A stretch of DNA of 64,000 nt from a virus: positions 54,288 to 118,287 of the IMG/VR virus record IMGVR_UViG_3300033146_002242. One strand, given 5' to 3'. The notes beneath the pieces were generated by a model, which was not told the DNA's origin, ran no database searches, and saw only the letters and a list, made by a program, of their open reading frames with translations. Each line of letters opens with the position of its first letter. Within the stretch, counting starts at the first letter, position 1. Positions 7,882 through 17,881 of the stretch are shown here, piece after piece. A program made the position numbers and the translations under genes.

Positions 7882-8046
7882 TCAATTTTGTAATTTTTAA
7901 ATTTGCACTATGAACAATAGTGACAAATAGCAGAGGATTGTAAATGAGGAGATACAGATTGATATATATTATCATTAGTATATATTCCATAATAATTTAT
8001 AAATATTACACATTATACTAATGTGGCGGCTGGCGTTGGATTTAAT

Positions 8047-8283
8047 ATGATTATATATCGATGTGATAGATGTAATAAAAAAATGGATGAAGATGAGAAT
8101 CGTAGAATTGAAGGATTTAATAAATTTTCATCTAATGATATTATGCATTTTACAATTTCAATAAAGCCAGATAATAAACATTTTTGTCATGATTGTATCA
8201 GGCTTATGGTAATCAATGCATTAGAAGATCCCAACAATAATATATTATATGGGTGTAATACAAAATATATTAGTAATAAATAA
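8047..8283 (+). CDS. small zinc-finger-like protein
   Basis: CDRC ... CHDC. Confidence 0.55.
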   Translation: MIIYRCDRCNKKMDEDENRRIEGFNKFSSNDIMHFTISIKPDNKHFCHDCIRLMVINALEDPNNNILYGCNTKYISNK

Positions 8284-8362
8284 ATTTATTTATGCATTAC
8301 ACATTTTAAATGTGACAATATAATATTGTATTATTTTTTAAAAAAAGTGAAAGGAGCTTTGT

Positions 8363-10117
8363 ATGAAGAAAGTTGTTGTGAGAAAATATAGATGTTGGGA
8401 GCCTTTGAATATGGGGCAGGATGTAATTACCCAGTTGTGGTTGCAAAATCAAATGTGGAATAAATTAGTAGAGATGGAACAAAATTTATATAAGAAGTAT
8501 AGAGAAGTTATGTCTACTGATACAGCAGTAGCTGAAATTGAAGAAAAATTAACTCAAAATGATACTGCTATTAAAGCATATATGGAAGAAAGAAATGAAA
8601 TAAGGAAAAAACTTAAAAAGAAGAAATGTGCTGAAACAGCATATTTTGATGAACAAATTAAAGAATTATCAGCAGAATCAAAAGAGCTTCGTAAGATAGC
8701 TCGGGAAAAAAGAAAAGAAGCAAAAGAAAAAGTTAAACCTTTACTTGATGAAATCAATCAAGAAAGAAAGGAAAGAAGAAAAAAAATATATCAAAATTCG
8801 GGGTTGTTTTGGGGTAATTATAACAGAGTCATGGCATCATTTGATATCGCTGTATCAAAATCGATGAAAACTGGCAGCACTTTACGTTTTCATCGATTTG
8901 ATGGAACTGGAATTTTTAAAAATTTCTTGTCCCCCGGCCGAACAAATGATGACATGTTAAATGGAAAGTTAAGTTACTTACATTTACAGGACATTCCTGC
9001 TGAGTCATTTAATGATTATATCGGTAGAAATAATCCATGTAAAATGGTTCTCGGTAGTCGTAGAGAAAGATCACGAAAATATGGGCTTCTCAAATTCACG
9101 ATTTATCGAGGAAAAGATGAAGAAGGAAATAGAATAAATAGAATGTTAGAAATGCCAGTGCTGCTTCACCGTCCATTGCCAGATGATGAAGATTTATTAA
9201 TTAAAGAAGCCGTTGTACGGCGGGAGTGTGTATCACCCGGTGAATATAGATGGTTTTTTATATTAACATATGTTGGTGGTGAATTTCAGCCAGTTCAACA
9301 TGTTAATACTGGTAGTGTTGCTGGTATTAACATGGGTTGGAAAACTGTCAATAATAATACATTGCGAATTGCTACTTTGGTGTCGGATAAAGAAACAGTA
9401 CATTTCATTCTACCAGAAAAAATTATGAAAACATATGATTATTTAAATCAATTAAAATCGGAAGTCGATAGCATGATTAACCATGCTATTGCTAGAATAA
9501 AAGAGATTATGAAAGATGATGATGAACTTCCTGAATCAATGGGAGTTTATTTAACCAGAATAACAAAGGCCAAACGGCCGCGATATGATTTATTAGAGAA
9601 AATGATGTGGGTATGGGATAAAGAATTGTCATATAAACCAGAAGAATTTTCTGAGGCAAAGGCTCATTTTGATTATCTTAATCGTGTTTTATCTGAGATG
9701 AATAATTTGAGAGATAAAGTCCGTGGACACCGGTTAGATTTATATCGGTGTTGGACAAAAATGATTACTCAAAAATATGAAACAATTATTGTTGATAAAT
9801 TAAATTTGGCGCAACTAAGTAAATTGGAGGCCGATGATGGCACTCCCACCAATAACTTACCAGAAGCAGCTCGTAAAAATCGAGTCATTGCATCGGTAGG
9901 TATTTTTAAAGAATGGCTTGATAAACAGGCTTTGAAAGTGGGGTCTGTAATTATTAAGAAATCAATTAAATCATCCACAATCTGCTCAGATTGTGGCGGT
10001 AAATTGATTAGAAAAGACAGTATCATATGGGCGTGCGAAAATTGTGGTAGCGTGTTTGACCAAGATGTTAACGCGGCTACTAACTTGATACGGTCGTATC
10101 AAGAAGAAGCAGCGTGA
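8363..10117 (+). CDS. Cas12m-like (type V-U1/V-M) RNA-guided DNA-binding protein with predicted inactive RuvC
   Basis: Motifs collinear with Cas12m as I recall it: QLWLQN..WNKLVE, K/R-rich helical insertion, LFWGNYN, LRFHRFDGTG, PVLLHRPLP, GINMGW (RuvC-I D>N323), RGHRLDLYR, IIVD (RuvC-II E>D478), CSDC/CENC Zn finger, DQDVNAATNL (RuvC-III D568). Confidence 0.8.
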   Translation: MKKVVVRKYRCWEPLNMGQDVITQLWLQNQMWNKLVEMEQNLYKKYREVMSTDTAVAEIEEKLTQNDTAIKAYMEERNEIRKKLKKKKCAETAYFDEQIKELSAESKELRKIAREKRKEAKEKVKPLLDEINQERKERRKKIYQNSGLFWGNYNRVMASFDIAVSKSMKTGSTLRFHRFDGTGIFKNFLSPGRTNDDMLNGKLSYLHLQDIPAESFNDYIGRNNPCKMVLGSRRERSRKYGLLKFTIYRGKDEEGNRINRMLEMPVLLHRPLPDDEDLLIKEAVVRRECVSPGEYRWFFILTYVGGEFQPVQHVNTGSVAGINMGWKTVNNNTLRIATLVSDKETVHFILPEKIMKTYDYLNQLKSEVDSMINHAIARIKEIMKDDDELPESMGVYLTRITKAKRPRYDLLEKMMWVWDKELSYKPEEFSEAKAHFDYLNRVLSEMNNLRDKVRGHRLDLYRCWTKMITQKYETIIVDKLNLAQLSKLEADDGTPTNNLPEAARKNRVIASVGIFKEWLDKQALKVGSVIIKKSIKSSTICSDCGGKLIRKDSIIWACENCGSVFDQDVNAATNLIRSYQEEAA

Positions 10118-10121
10118 ATAT

Positions 10122-10166
10122 ATTCCCTGACATGAGAATATTTCAAAAATTCTCATGTCAGGGAAT
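10122..10166 (+). repeat. 18-bp perfect inverted repeat right after the cas12m-like stop (terminator or guide-RNA scaffold stem)
   Basis: ATTCCCTGACATGAGAAT / ATTCTCATGTCAGGGAAT, 9-nt loop. Confidence 0.85.
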
Positions 10167-10288
10167 CATTTTTACACGGTAAATACATACAAATCGTGGC
10201 AACTTATCAGGTCAAATATTATTATAATATTTGAATTTTTGAATTTACACATTTAATTAAATGTGATATGTCCTGGGAAGTCAATTAT

Positions 10289-10603
10289 ATGGAAACTTGT
10301 AATAAAGAATGTGATTTATACCCCATGACAATGGGGTGCATAGATTGTAAACATTATGATAATGATTTAGCTGCAAAAAATACTATTCAAAAATTTATAG
10401 ATTCATATAAAGGTGAAATAAATGGTATTCATATGATTATTGCAGCATGTGATTATATGGAATGGAGTTTAGCAATCCCAAAAGAAGAACATATAAATGA
10501 AAATGATAATATAAAAGGTTTGATTATTGGAGAAGAAAATTACGTATCATCTATTTTAGATAAAATAGATGGTGTTAAATTTAACCCAACAAATAAAAAT
10601 TAA
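10289..10603 (+). CDS. hypothetical protein with N-terminal Cys cluster
   Basis: CNKEC...CIDC. Confidence 0.55.
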   Translation: METCNKECDLYPMTMGCIDCKHYDNDLAAKNTIQKFIDSYKGEINGIHMIIAACDYMEWSLAIPKEEHINENDNIKGLIIGEENYVSSILDKIDGVKFNPTNKN

Positions 10604-10883
10604 ATCTAAAAAATCCTATATCAGAAAAAACATTTTTAATAGGTAAAATATGTGGAATTAAAAAACCTGTTATAACAGGTGAATCATTTATTTTAATGAT
10701 TGAACATAAATCACATAAATCAGTTGTGTGGAATATTCCAGCAACTGATGTTGAATTAATATAATTATTGTCCAATATAAAATTGGGACCATACATACAG
10801 CAGCTATTATAACAATATAATCATTTTATTATAAATTATCCAATATTATAATTGGGTCAACGATACAAATAACATTTATTAAA

Positions 10884-10957
10884 TGGGGTGTCGTTCAATG
10901 GTAGGACAACAGCCTTTGGAGCTGTTTATTGGGGTTCGAATCCCTACACCCCAGCCA
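10884..10957 (+). tRNA. tRNA-Gln(UUG)
   Basis: U1-A72; ACAGC-CT-TTG-GA-GCTGT; encoded CCA. Confidence 0.95.
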
Positions 10958-11100
10958 TTTGATATTTACTCTATATAATATATAATAATGGGAAATTAAT
11001 ATTTAAAATATTGATTAAATAATGGAATTTACCAATTAAATTGTTTTAATAACAATTACTTTTTATATATATTGATAAATAAATAGGGTAATTTGTTTAA

Positions 11101-11176
11101 TCCTCGGTAGTTCAGTTGGCAGAACAAGTGGCTGTTAACCACTATGTCGCAGGTTCGAGTCCTGCCCGGGGAGCCA
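11101..11176 (+). tRNA. tRNA-Asn(GUU)
   Basis: AGTGG-CT-GTT-AA-CCACT; encoded CCA. Confidence 0.95.
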
Positions 11177-11684
11177 TTTTTTAGATGAAAGGAATATATG
11201 GATTTTATAACTTGGTGGTTTAATCATCATTATGTAGTATCTACTTTATTAACACCTTTTATGACACTAGCTTGGGTATTTTATAAAGGGCTAGTAATAA
11301 GAGGTATATTTACAGTTATTTGGATTATAATTGAGCTTATTATTATGACAGTCGGATCGTCATAGGCGAATCACATCCGGTATTGGGGTAATTTCAAAAT
11401 TAAGAAACTCTCTGATATACGATGGAAAAAGAAACGGTGTAATTCCGTACCCGACTTTTAAAATCTCATCAACGGACACATCATTAGTATTTTCAGAATA
11501 ACAAATATTGATAAAAATTCGAAAACCCCGATATATGTAGAAGAATTTGAGTTTAGCAGGGATGAATGGAATAGTGAACCACCAGAATGCTTACAAAAAG
11601 CTATAGTTGCATGTAAAAGTAAAACACAGTGTTATCATTGCAGAACTGTGTATTATGCAGCTGAAAAAAAGGAGGATTGTGTTA

Positions 11685-11945
11685 ATGCATGATTCACATG
11701 AGATTTATGAATTTATATATAATGGATTTTGTGTTGAGCGATTGAATAAAAATAAAACAGTATATACAGCTAAATTTAAAAAATGGACCCGTGATCCGGG
11801 TATTGGAATTTTTGAATGTTCTGATGGAAAAAATCGGTATATTCCAACCTGTGCAATAAAAGATTTTGATACACTACATATACATCCTAAACAAGATGTA
11901 AACGTAAAAGAAAAACTTTTGATGTGCAACTCTGCTACATCATAA
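11685..11945 (+). CDS. conserved hypothetical phage protein
   Basis: AGGAGG RBS; WTRDPG...CSDG...IP motif. Confidence 0.6.
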   Translation: MHDSHEIYEFIYNGFCVERLNKNKTVYTAKFKKWTRDPGIGIFECSDGKNRYIPTCAIKDFDTLHIHPKQDVNVKEKLLMCNSATS

Positions 11946-11954
11946 GTGAAATTA

Positions 11955-12031
11955 GGGCCCTTAGCTCAGTTGGTTAGAGCTCCCGGCTCATAACCGGGCG
12001 GTCCGGGGTTCGAATCCCTGAGGGCCCACCA
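11955..12031 (+). tRNA. tRNA with CAU anticodon, most like tRNA-Ile2
   Basis: CCCGG-CT-CAT-AA-CCGGG; acceptor and D-arm resemble bacterial Ile2 rather than fMet; encoded CCA. Confidence 0.85.
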
Positions 12032-12157
12032 TGTAAAAAATTAGTTAAATTTACGCAATACAATGTTGCGGCATTTTATTATTGTTTTTAAATTAAAAAT
12101 AAATATGGTATTTTCAGTATGGTTTTTTATGTAACTTAAATAAAAAAGGAGATCTAT

Positions 12158-12493
12158 TTGGAGACACAATATTTAGCTACACTTAATATCAAATCAGAAT
12201 GGGATACTAGTTTGAGAAATAAATCAAAAGTGTATGAGTTATGTAGAGATATTTACTACAAGCTTTATGATGTGAGAATTAATGGTGAGCCCATTGGATT
12301 TGTTGAGCGGGACATGATTTATGAGTCTCGCCAAGAAATCTTGGATGAATTACGTGTATTAATGTATAATGAAAATGCAAATATTGAAGATCTATCCAAG
12401 ATTATGACATCCCTACATAACTGGGGAAATAAATTGATTCGTATTGACGTAATTAATCATTCTAAATTAGCCGTGTGTAATATAATTATGTGA
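12158..12493 (+). CDS. hypothetical protein
   Basis: TTG start after AGGAG. Confidence 0.6.
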   Translation: METQYLATLNIKSEWDTSLRNKSKVYELCRDIYYKLYDVRINGEPIGFVERDMIYESRQEILDELRVLMYNENANIEDLSKIMTSLHNWGNKLIRIDVINHSKLAVCNIIM

Positions 12494-12508
12494 TATATCA
12501 TTGCATAT

Positions 12509-12537
12509 AAGCGAGGGCAACGCCCTCGCTTTTTTTG
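12509..12537 (+). terminator. intrinsic terminator closing the tRNA/accessory region
   Basis: AAGCGAGGGC-AAC-GCCCTCGCTT + T-run. Confidence 0.85.
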
Positions 12538-12604
12538 TCTTTTTTTTTGTGATCATATCTTATAATCAATACATATCAAACAAGTCGATATTTTAAATTA
12601 CTGC

Positions 12605-12616
12605 GAACACAAAAAT
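12605..12616 (+). promoter_or_regulatory. GAACA(C/T)A(A/T)AAT candidate phage promoter motif
   Basis: recurs at 15701, 25190 and 32860, always intergenic upstream of an operon. Confidence 0.45.
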
Positions 12617-12680
12617 ACACAAATCATTTCCAAAAAGAATATTCCTTTCTTTTTATTAAAATCTAGTCGAGGTAGTCGAA

Positions 12681-14093
12681 GTGAATCAGATTAAATCAGG
12701 TTATGTATGTGCAGGATTTGAATCTTTATCATCCGTATTAAATAGATTTTTAATAGGGCAATCAACCACCAAAGAAAGTAGATATGACAATCATTTTTCC
12801 CGTGAAGATATTGCAAATATGTTTTCTAAAATAATAACGGGATTTTTACATTCTTTTGGACAAGATTTTCCAGGTCGAAAAAAATATCAAAAATATGTAG
12901 ATAAAGAATATAACGTTTTTAAATTAGTTCATGATGAAATATTTCTGACAAAAAATTTATTATATGCTGATTCTGGAGGTTTCCAAGCTTCCATAGGCAA
13001 AATATCAAAAAATGAAACTGAACTGCTAATACAATTATATCATGAATTTCTTCATAAAACACATAATTTATTGGATAGAGCGTTTGTATTAGATTTACCA
13101 CCGGGTCCTGATTGTGTTATTTTTAAAAATTGGAATGATGTTTATAAATGGAATCTAAAGACATATACAATGGCAGCTGAGTTGCCAGATGAAATCAGAA
13201 AAAAAATGATTTATATTCATCATTTTCGTACACCTAATCAATGGGATATTTTTCAAAAGATAAAAAATGATAATAATTTATTTGATAAATTTGACCATTT
13301 TGCAACTGGTGGGATTGTAGCAAATTCAAAAGCAGATGTAACAATTCCATGTATTATTTATGTTATTCCCTTAGTTTGTTTATTAAATGATTGTATTAAA
13401 TATAAAAGAAAAAAATTAGAATTTCATATTCTTGGTGGTGCAAATTTTCGAGATATGCTTTTTTATGAAATGTTTACTATTCATGTTAAGGAAAAACATG
13501 ATATTGATTTAGAAATAACATTTGATAGTAGTGGATTATATAAAGCATTGATGCAAGGAAGAGTTGTACATATATTTGATGAATCATCTAAATCAATTAA
13601 AAAAACAGATATTAGAAGCAATAAAATGAAAATGAGATTTTATAATACTGATTATTTAACGGAAGAATACATTTTAAATAAATTAAATACAATGGCTGAT
13701 AAATTTAATTTAAAATCTCTTTCTTATTTAACAGAATTATATACTGATGAAACTAATACTTTATGGGATGAAGTAAGAGCTTATTTGATGCTTTATATGC
13801 TTGATTTTTATTCAGAAGTTCAAACTATAATTAGAGAATATGTTCATAATGGAGGATATGAGTTATATAAAAATGGAATGATTAATGAATTTAATCATTC
13901 CAATATTGATTTTGTTCGATATTTAAATGGAAAAAATACAAAGAAACAAGTTTTAAAAACAACTATGTTAGCTAAATCATTAGATATATTAACAGATTTA
14001 GACGAAGATTATTGTCAATATTTAGTATATACATATCTAATAAAAGATGAGATAAAAAAATTACATTCAAATTATAATGAAATATTATTTTAA
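12681..14093 (+). CDS. tRNA-guanine transglycosylase-family protein (DpdA-like 7-deazaguanine DNA transglycosylase)
   Basis: LYADSGGFQ, VLDLPP, FATGG, FHILG, TFDSS motifs; QueE and QueD in the same window. Confidence 0.7.
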   Translation: MNQIKSGYVCAGFESLSSVLNRFLIGQSTTKESRYDNHFSREDIANMFSKIITGFLHSFGQDFPGRKKYQKYVDKEYNVFKLVHDEIFLTKNLLYADSGGFQASIGKISKNETELLIQLYHEFLHKTHNLLDRAFVLDLPPGPDCVIFKNWNDVYKWNLKTYTMAAELPDEIRKKMIYIHHFRTPNQWDIFQKIKNDNNLFDKFDHFATGGIVANSKADVTIPCIIYVIPLVCLLNDCIKYKRKKLEFHILGGANFRDMLFYEMFTIHVKEKHDIDLEITFDSSGLYKALMQGRVVHIFDESSKSIKKTDIRSNKMKMRFYNTDYLTEEYILNKLNTMADKFNLKSLSYLTELYTDETNTLWDEVRAYLMLYMLDFYSEVQTIIREYVHNGGYELYKNGMINEFNHSNIDFVRYLNGKNTKKQVLKTTMLAKSLDILTDLDEDYCQYLVYTYLIKDEIKKLHSNYNEILF

Positions 14094-14104
14094 GGGAGTC
14101 ATTT

Positions 14105-15676
14105 ATGATTACAAGTATTTTTATTGATACGTGTTACACTGTTTTACTTAATAAAAACTCTCAATTAAAAAAATCAAAATCTTTTTATTCAGATTTAAAA
14201 GAAATTATTGATTTTTATTTAGATAATTACGAAACACCAGTTATTTTAAAAAATAAGATAGATTGTATTAAACAAATATGTCAAATGAGTATAGATGGAA
14301 AAAATCAAGATTCTATATTTGATAGTATTTCAATGACTCCTAAATATGCTGAATTAATTGATTATATAGAATCAAAAAATGAAATTGATATGTCGATTGA
14401 AGATTTGAATAATTGTATTAAACAAGTTAGAATTCGGAAAAAATATATTCATATGATAAAAAATTATCAACAAGTAACAGAAATTTTAACTTCTATTGAT
14501 GATGGGTCATATGATTCTATAGATGATATGATTGTAAATTATGAAAATTTAGTTAAAGAATTATATTTGAATATTGTTGCATCAAATAGAATTATAGAAA
14601 TAGAATCAGCTTCGTGTATTGATATTATGCATGATGATTATGATGCATTATTAGAAACAATCAAAAGAAAATATGATAAGAAGAATAGAGTTTCAACGGG
14701 TATTGAAGTATTTGATTCTCATATTTTTTATGGTGGTTTAGAAAAATCTCGTATTTACATATTCGCTGGTGGTTCTGGTAGTGGAAAATCTACACTATTA
14801 GATAATATAATGATTCAATCAGCTTTGTCACAAAGTAAAAAGGATATACTTGAAAATTATATAGATCCACGAGTGTATTTATTAATTACTTTAGAAAATC
14901 AAATTGATGAAACTTTCATGAGAATTTATCAAAGTTTATTTAATAAAACAACTAGTGAATTTTTAGCAGATATAAATAATTCTGGTACAAATCAAATTCG
15001 AAAGAAAGTTATTGATAAAATATCAGCTAATAATATAAAATTTATTATAAAATATTTTCAAGCACAATCAATATCACCAATGGATATAGATTCTGTTATA
15101 TCAGAATGTTCTGATATGTATGGAAAAAGTAGTTTACAAATGGTAGGGGTTGATTATCTTGATTTAATGCGTAGTGATGTTTCTAGGGACGCATATAGAC
15201 ATGAATTAGGTGATATAACATTATCATTGAAAACAATTGCTGTTACACATGAAGTACCTGTATTAACGGTTACACAGCTAAATAGAGGTGTATATAGCGT
15301 TAAAACAGCAGAAGAATTGAAATTAGATATGATGGGTGAATCAATGCAAAAGGTTCATCATGCTGATTATATTTCATTACAAGCCAAAGATATTCAGGAT
15401 GATAATATTGTTCATTTTGCAGTTGGTAAAAATAGATCAGGTATATCAGATATAGGACTTGATTTTAAAGTTGATTTTTCAAAATATAAATTTATTAAAC
15501 CTATTTTTAATGCAAATAATAATAACAATAATTCAAATGGTAATTCTAAGTCACCAACATTTCATCCTCAACAACACAAATTTTCTGCAAAAAAACCACC
15601 ATCAGAAACCAATCCATTAGATTTTTCAAAAACTAAAATTATTACAAATGATATGTTCAAACCATTGAGTATCTAA
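14105..15676 (+). CDS. dnaB: DnaB/T4 gp41-like replicative helicase
   Basis: Walker A GGSGSGKST, VDYLDLM, TVTQLNR, VGKNRSG. Confidence 0.9.
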   Translation: MITSIFIDTCYTVLLNKNSQLKKSKSFYSDLKEIIDFYLDNYETPVILKNKIDCIKQICQMSIDGKNQDSIFDSISMTPKYAELIDYIESKNEIDMSIEDLNNCIKQVRIRKKYIHMIKNYQQVTEILTSIDDGSYDSIDDMIVNYENLVKELYLNIVASNRIIEIESASCIDIMHDDYDALLETIKRKYDKKNRVSTGIEVFDSHIFYGGLEKSRIYIFAGGSGSGKSTLLDNIMIQSALSQSKKDILENYIDPRVYLLITLENQIDETFMRIYQSLFNKTTSEFLADINNSGTNQIRKKVIDKISANNIKFIIKYFQAQSISPMDIDSVISECSDMYGKSSLQMVGVDYLDLMRSDVSRDAYRHELGDITLSLKTIAVTHEVPVLTVTQLNRGVYSVKTAEELKLDMMGESMQKVHHADYISLQAKDIQDDNIVHFAVGKNRSGISDIGLDFKVDFSKYKFIKPIFNANNNNNNSNGNSKSPTFHPQQHKFSAKKPPSETNPLDFSKTKIITNDMFKPLSI

Positions 15677-15801
15677 AAGTCATTTTTTTGAAATTTAGGA
15701 GAACACAAAAATGAATACAAATACAACTTACTTTTATATTAGATATATAAAAGAAAATACAAAATTTCCGTGACGATGGAAATAAATTTAGGAGAATTAT
15801 C

Positions 15802-16917
15802 ATGAAATATATTGATGTCTTAAAAGAAAGTTTGCAGGAAGCTGATGTTACAAAAACATCTGATATTTTAGGTCCTATGGTTGAACCAATTCTTGGTTAT
15901 GATGGTGATGGTGATTTAGTTACACATAAAAATGCATCTGACATTCTTAAAAAATATTATTTTGAAAATGATAGTGATGGAATTGTCACTTTAGATGATA
16001 ATACAAAAACTGTTACAGATGGTGAACCTGACCAATCTAAAATTGATAAAGTTAAAAAAACAGTTGAAGATATAATTAAATCGGATGATGAAACTAATCA
16101 ACCAACTGAAAAAACTTTAAAAGAAATGGTTTCTAATTTAGAAGATATTTTAATTGGTGATGAAGATTCTTTATCTGAGAGTGACTCTGTTGTTATAAAT
16201 GTTGAAAATTTATTAGCTGAAGATTCATCCGTTATTAATCAATTAGAATCTTTATTAGAAGAAGAATTAGATGCTGGTTCTAATGGAACAAAAGAAAATG
16301 ATGACAAATCAGTTGAAGATGAAACTAATGAAGCAAGTAAAGATGTTATTATTGATAAAGATACAAAAGTAAAAAGAGAAGCAGATGAATCAGAATCTTC
16401 TGATGAAGAAAATGATGAAGCCGATGAAAAAGAAACAACTGAAGATGGTGAAGAAAAAACACCTTTAGATGTTGATGAAAATTTAAAAGAAATGGATATC
16501 ATCGAATCAATGCTTCAAAATGAATCTGTTGAAACAGCTGATTTTATTTTGAATGATATTGAAACTATTCTTGGTGAACAAAATGAACTAGTTTCATATG
16601 AATCACCTATGACTAGTGCAATTGAAGATGAAAATGATATAGATACAAATAATCCTATGCATGGTAAGGTAACAACTGAAAGTTTGGAAGATTCTATTCT
16701 TGAATGGTTAATTATGGAAATTGAAGATAAAGCTGATAGTAATGACGAGGTTGTAACTGAATCGAATCTTGAAGAAGGTGAAATTGCTATAGAAGAAGAT
16801 ATTTTATCAGAAGCTTTATCAATTTTTGATAATGATGAAGAAATATCTTCTGATATGCCAGATGAATTAAATGATTTTAAAGTTTCAAAAATTGATAGTT
16901 CCAAAATTCGTGTTTAA
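15802..16917 (+). CDS. highly acidic protein, candidate prohead core/scaffold
   Basis: D/E-rich, many (L/I/V)xE(S/A) sites, upstream of portal. Confidence 0.5.
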   Translation: MKYIDVLKESLQEADVTKTSDILGPMVEPILGYDGDGDLVTHKNASDILKKYYFENDSDGIVTLDDNTKTVTDGEPDQSKIDKVKKTVEDIIKSDDETNQPTEKTLKEMVSNLEDILIGDEDSLSESDSVVINVENLLAEDSSVINQLESLLEEELDAGSNGTKENDDKSVEDETNEASKDVIIDKDTKVKREADESESSDEENDEADEKETTEDGEEKTPLDVDENLKEMDIIESMLQNESVETADFILNDIETILGEQNELVSYESPMTSAIEDENDIDTNNPMHGKVTTESLEDSILEWLIMEIEDKADSNDEVVTESNLEEGEIAIEEDILSEALSIFDNDEEISSDMPDELNDFKVSKIDSSKIRV

Positions 16918-16934
16918 GTAAATTTTTAATAAAG

Positions 16935-16978
16935 ATGGGGGGTAATTATTGTGATAGATAATTACCCCCATTTTTTTA
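16935..16978 (+). terminator. intrinsic terminator
   Basis: GGGGTAATTAT...ATAATTACCCC + T-run. Confidence 0.75.
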
Positions 16979-16999
16979 TTTAAGGGTGGCTATATAAAG

Positions 17000-17461
17000 A
17001 TGATTTTATATATTAGACAAGCTGGTTGTAATCTAAGATATAACGGGAAAAATTATCGAACACCTATTAAATTAGTTGTGTCAGCTGGTGAAAGATCTAC
17101 TTTAATAAATATTTTAAAATATAAATCAATTGTTGATTATGAATTTATTGAAAAGGATAAATCAATTGATAAAATTCCTAGAGATGAAAAGAATATCGCA
17201 AATGTAACACAGAGAATGAAAAAATTTTTACAAGTTACAGATGTTAAAGATAAGAAATTATTTGACACACAATCTATTAATAAAAGAAATGTTTTAACCA
17301 GTAGAGTGGTTGATAAAATCGAGGTTTTTAATGGGAAAAATATAAAAAAAGAAACACAATCACATAATAATGAATATCATAGTACAATTGAAGATGAAGT
17401 TGATATTGATATTGATTTATCAACAGATGATATTTTAAAACAACTATTAGATAATATCTAA
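17000..17461 (+). CDS. hypothetical protein
   Basis: ORF track. Confidence 0.6.
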   Translation: MILYIRQAGCNLRYNGKNYRTPIKLVVSAGERSTLINILKYKSIVDYEFIEKDKSIDKIPRDEKNIANVTQRMKKFLQVTDVKDKKLFDTQSINKRNVLTSRVVDKIEVFNGKNIKKETQSHNNEYHSTIEDEVDIDIDLSTDDILKQLLDNI

Positions 17462-17479
17462 ATAAGGGAGTTAATTAAG

Positions 17480-17881
17480 ATGAGCAAAGATGAAAAGTTA
17501 TGTCAAATAAATATTTATAGAAAAGATAGTGATACACCAATTATTTTATATGACAAAACTGAATTAACAGATGAAGAAATATTATCACATTTAGAAACAG
17601 TTTTTTCATCACCAAAAATATCAGTTATTTCTACAAGTAGTGAAACTTTGATTATAAAACCTAGTCAAATTGATGCAATTGGTGTTATTAATAATATTGA
17701 TTTGAAAAGACGAAAAAAATTAATTAAAAAAGATTCCAAAGCAGATTCATTAAAAAAAGTAACTGAACCAGTCACTGATTTAGTAACAATAGAAGTAGCA
17801 GATAATACTGATATAAAAGATGATAATGAAATAGAACAAATAGATATTGGAACAATCAATGGTGAAATAAATGATGATTGA
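17480..17881 (+). CDS. hypothetical protein
   Basis: RBS GGGAG. Confidence 0.65.
   Translation: MSKDEKLCQINIYRKDSDTPIILYDKTELTDEEILSHLETVFSSPKISVISTSSETLIIKPSQIDAIGVINNIDLKRRKKLIKKDSKADSLKKVTEPVTDLVTIEVADNTDIKDDNEIEQIDIGTINGEINDD

Noticed and set aside
7540-11100. CRISPR array beside the Cas12m-like gene
   Set aside because: No 25-40 nt repeats with regular spacers were visible on either side; the recurring CACATT palindromes are hundreds to thousands of bases apart with ORFs between.
11340-11690. Possible gene between tRNA-Asn and the 11685 ORF
   Set aside because: Only short frames broken by stops, and a start-less ~75-codon frame from 11462; may be a decayed gene but nothing is identifiable.
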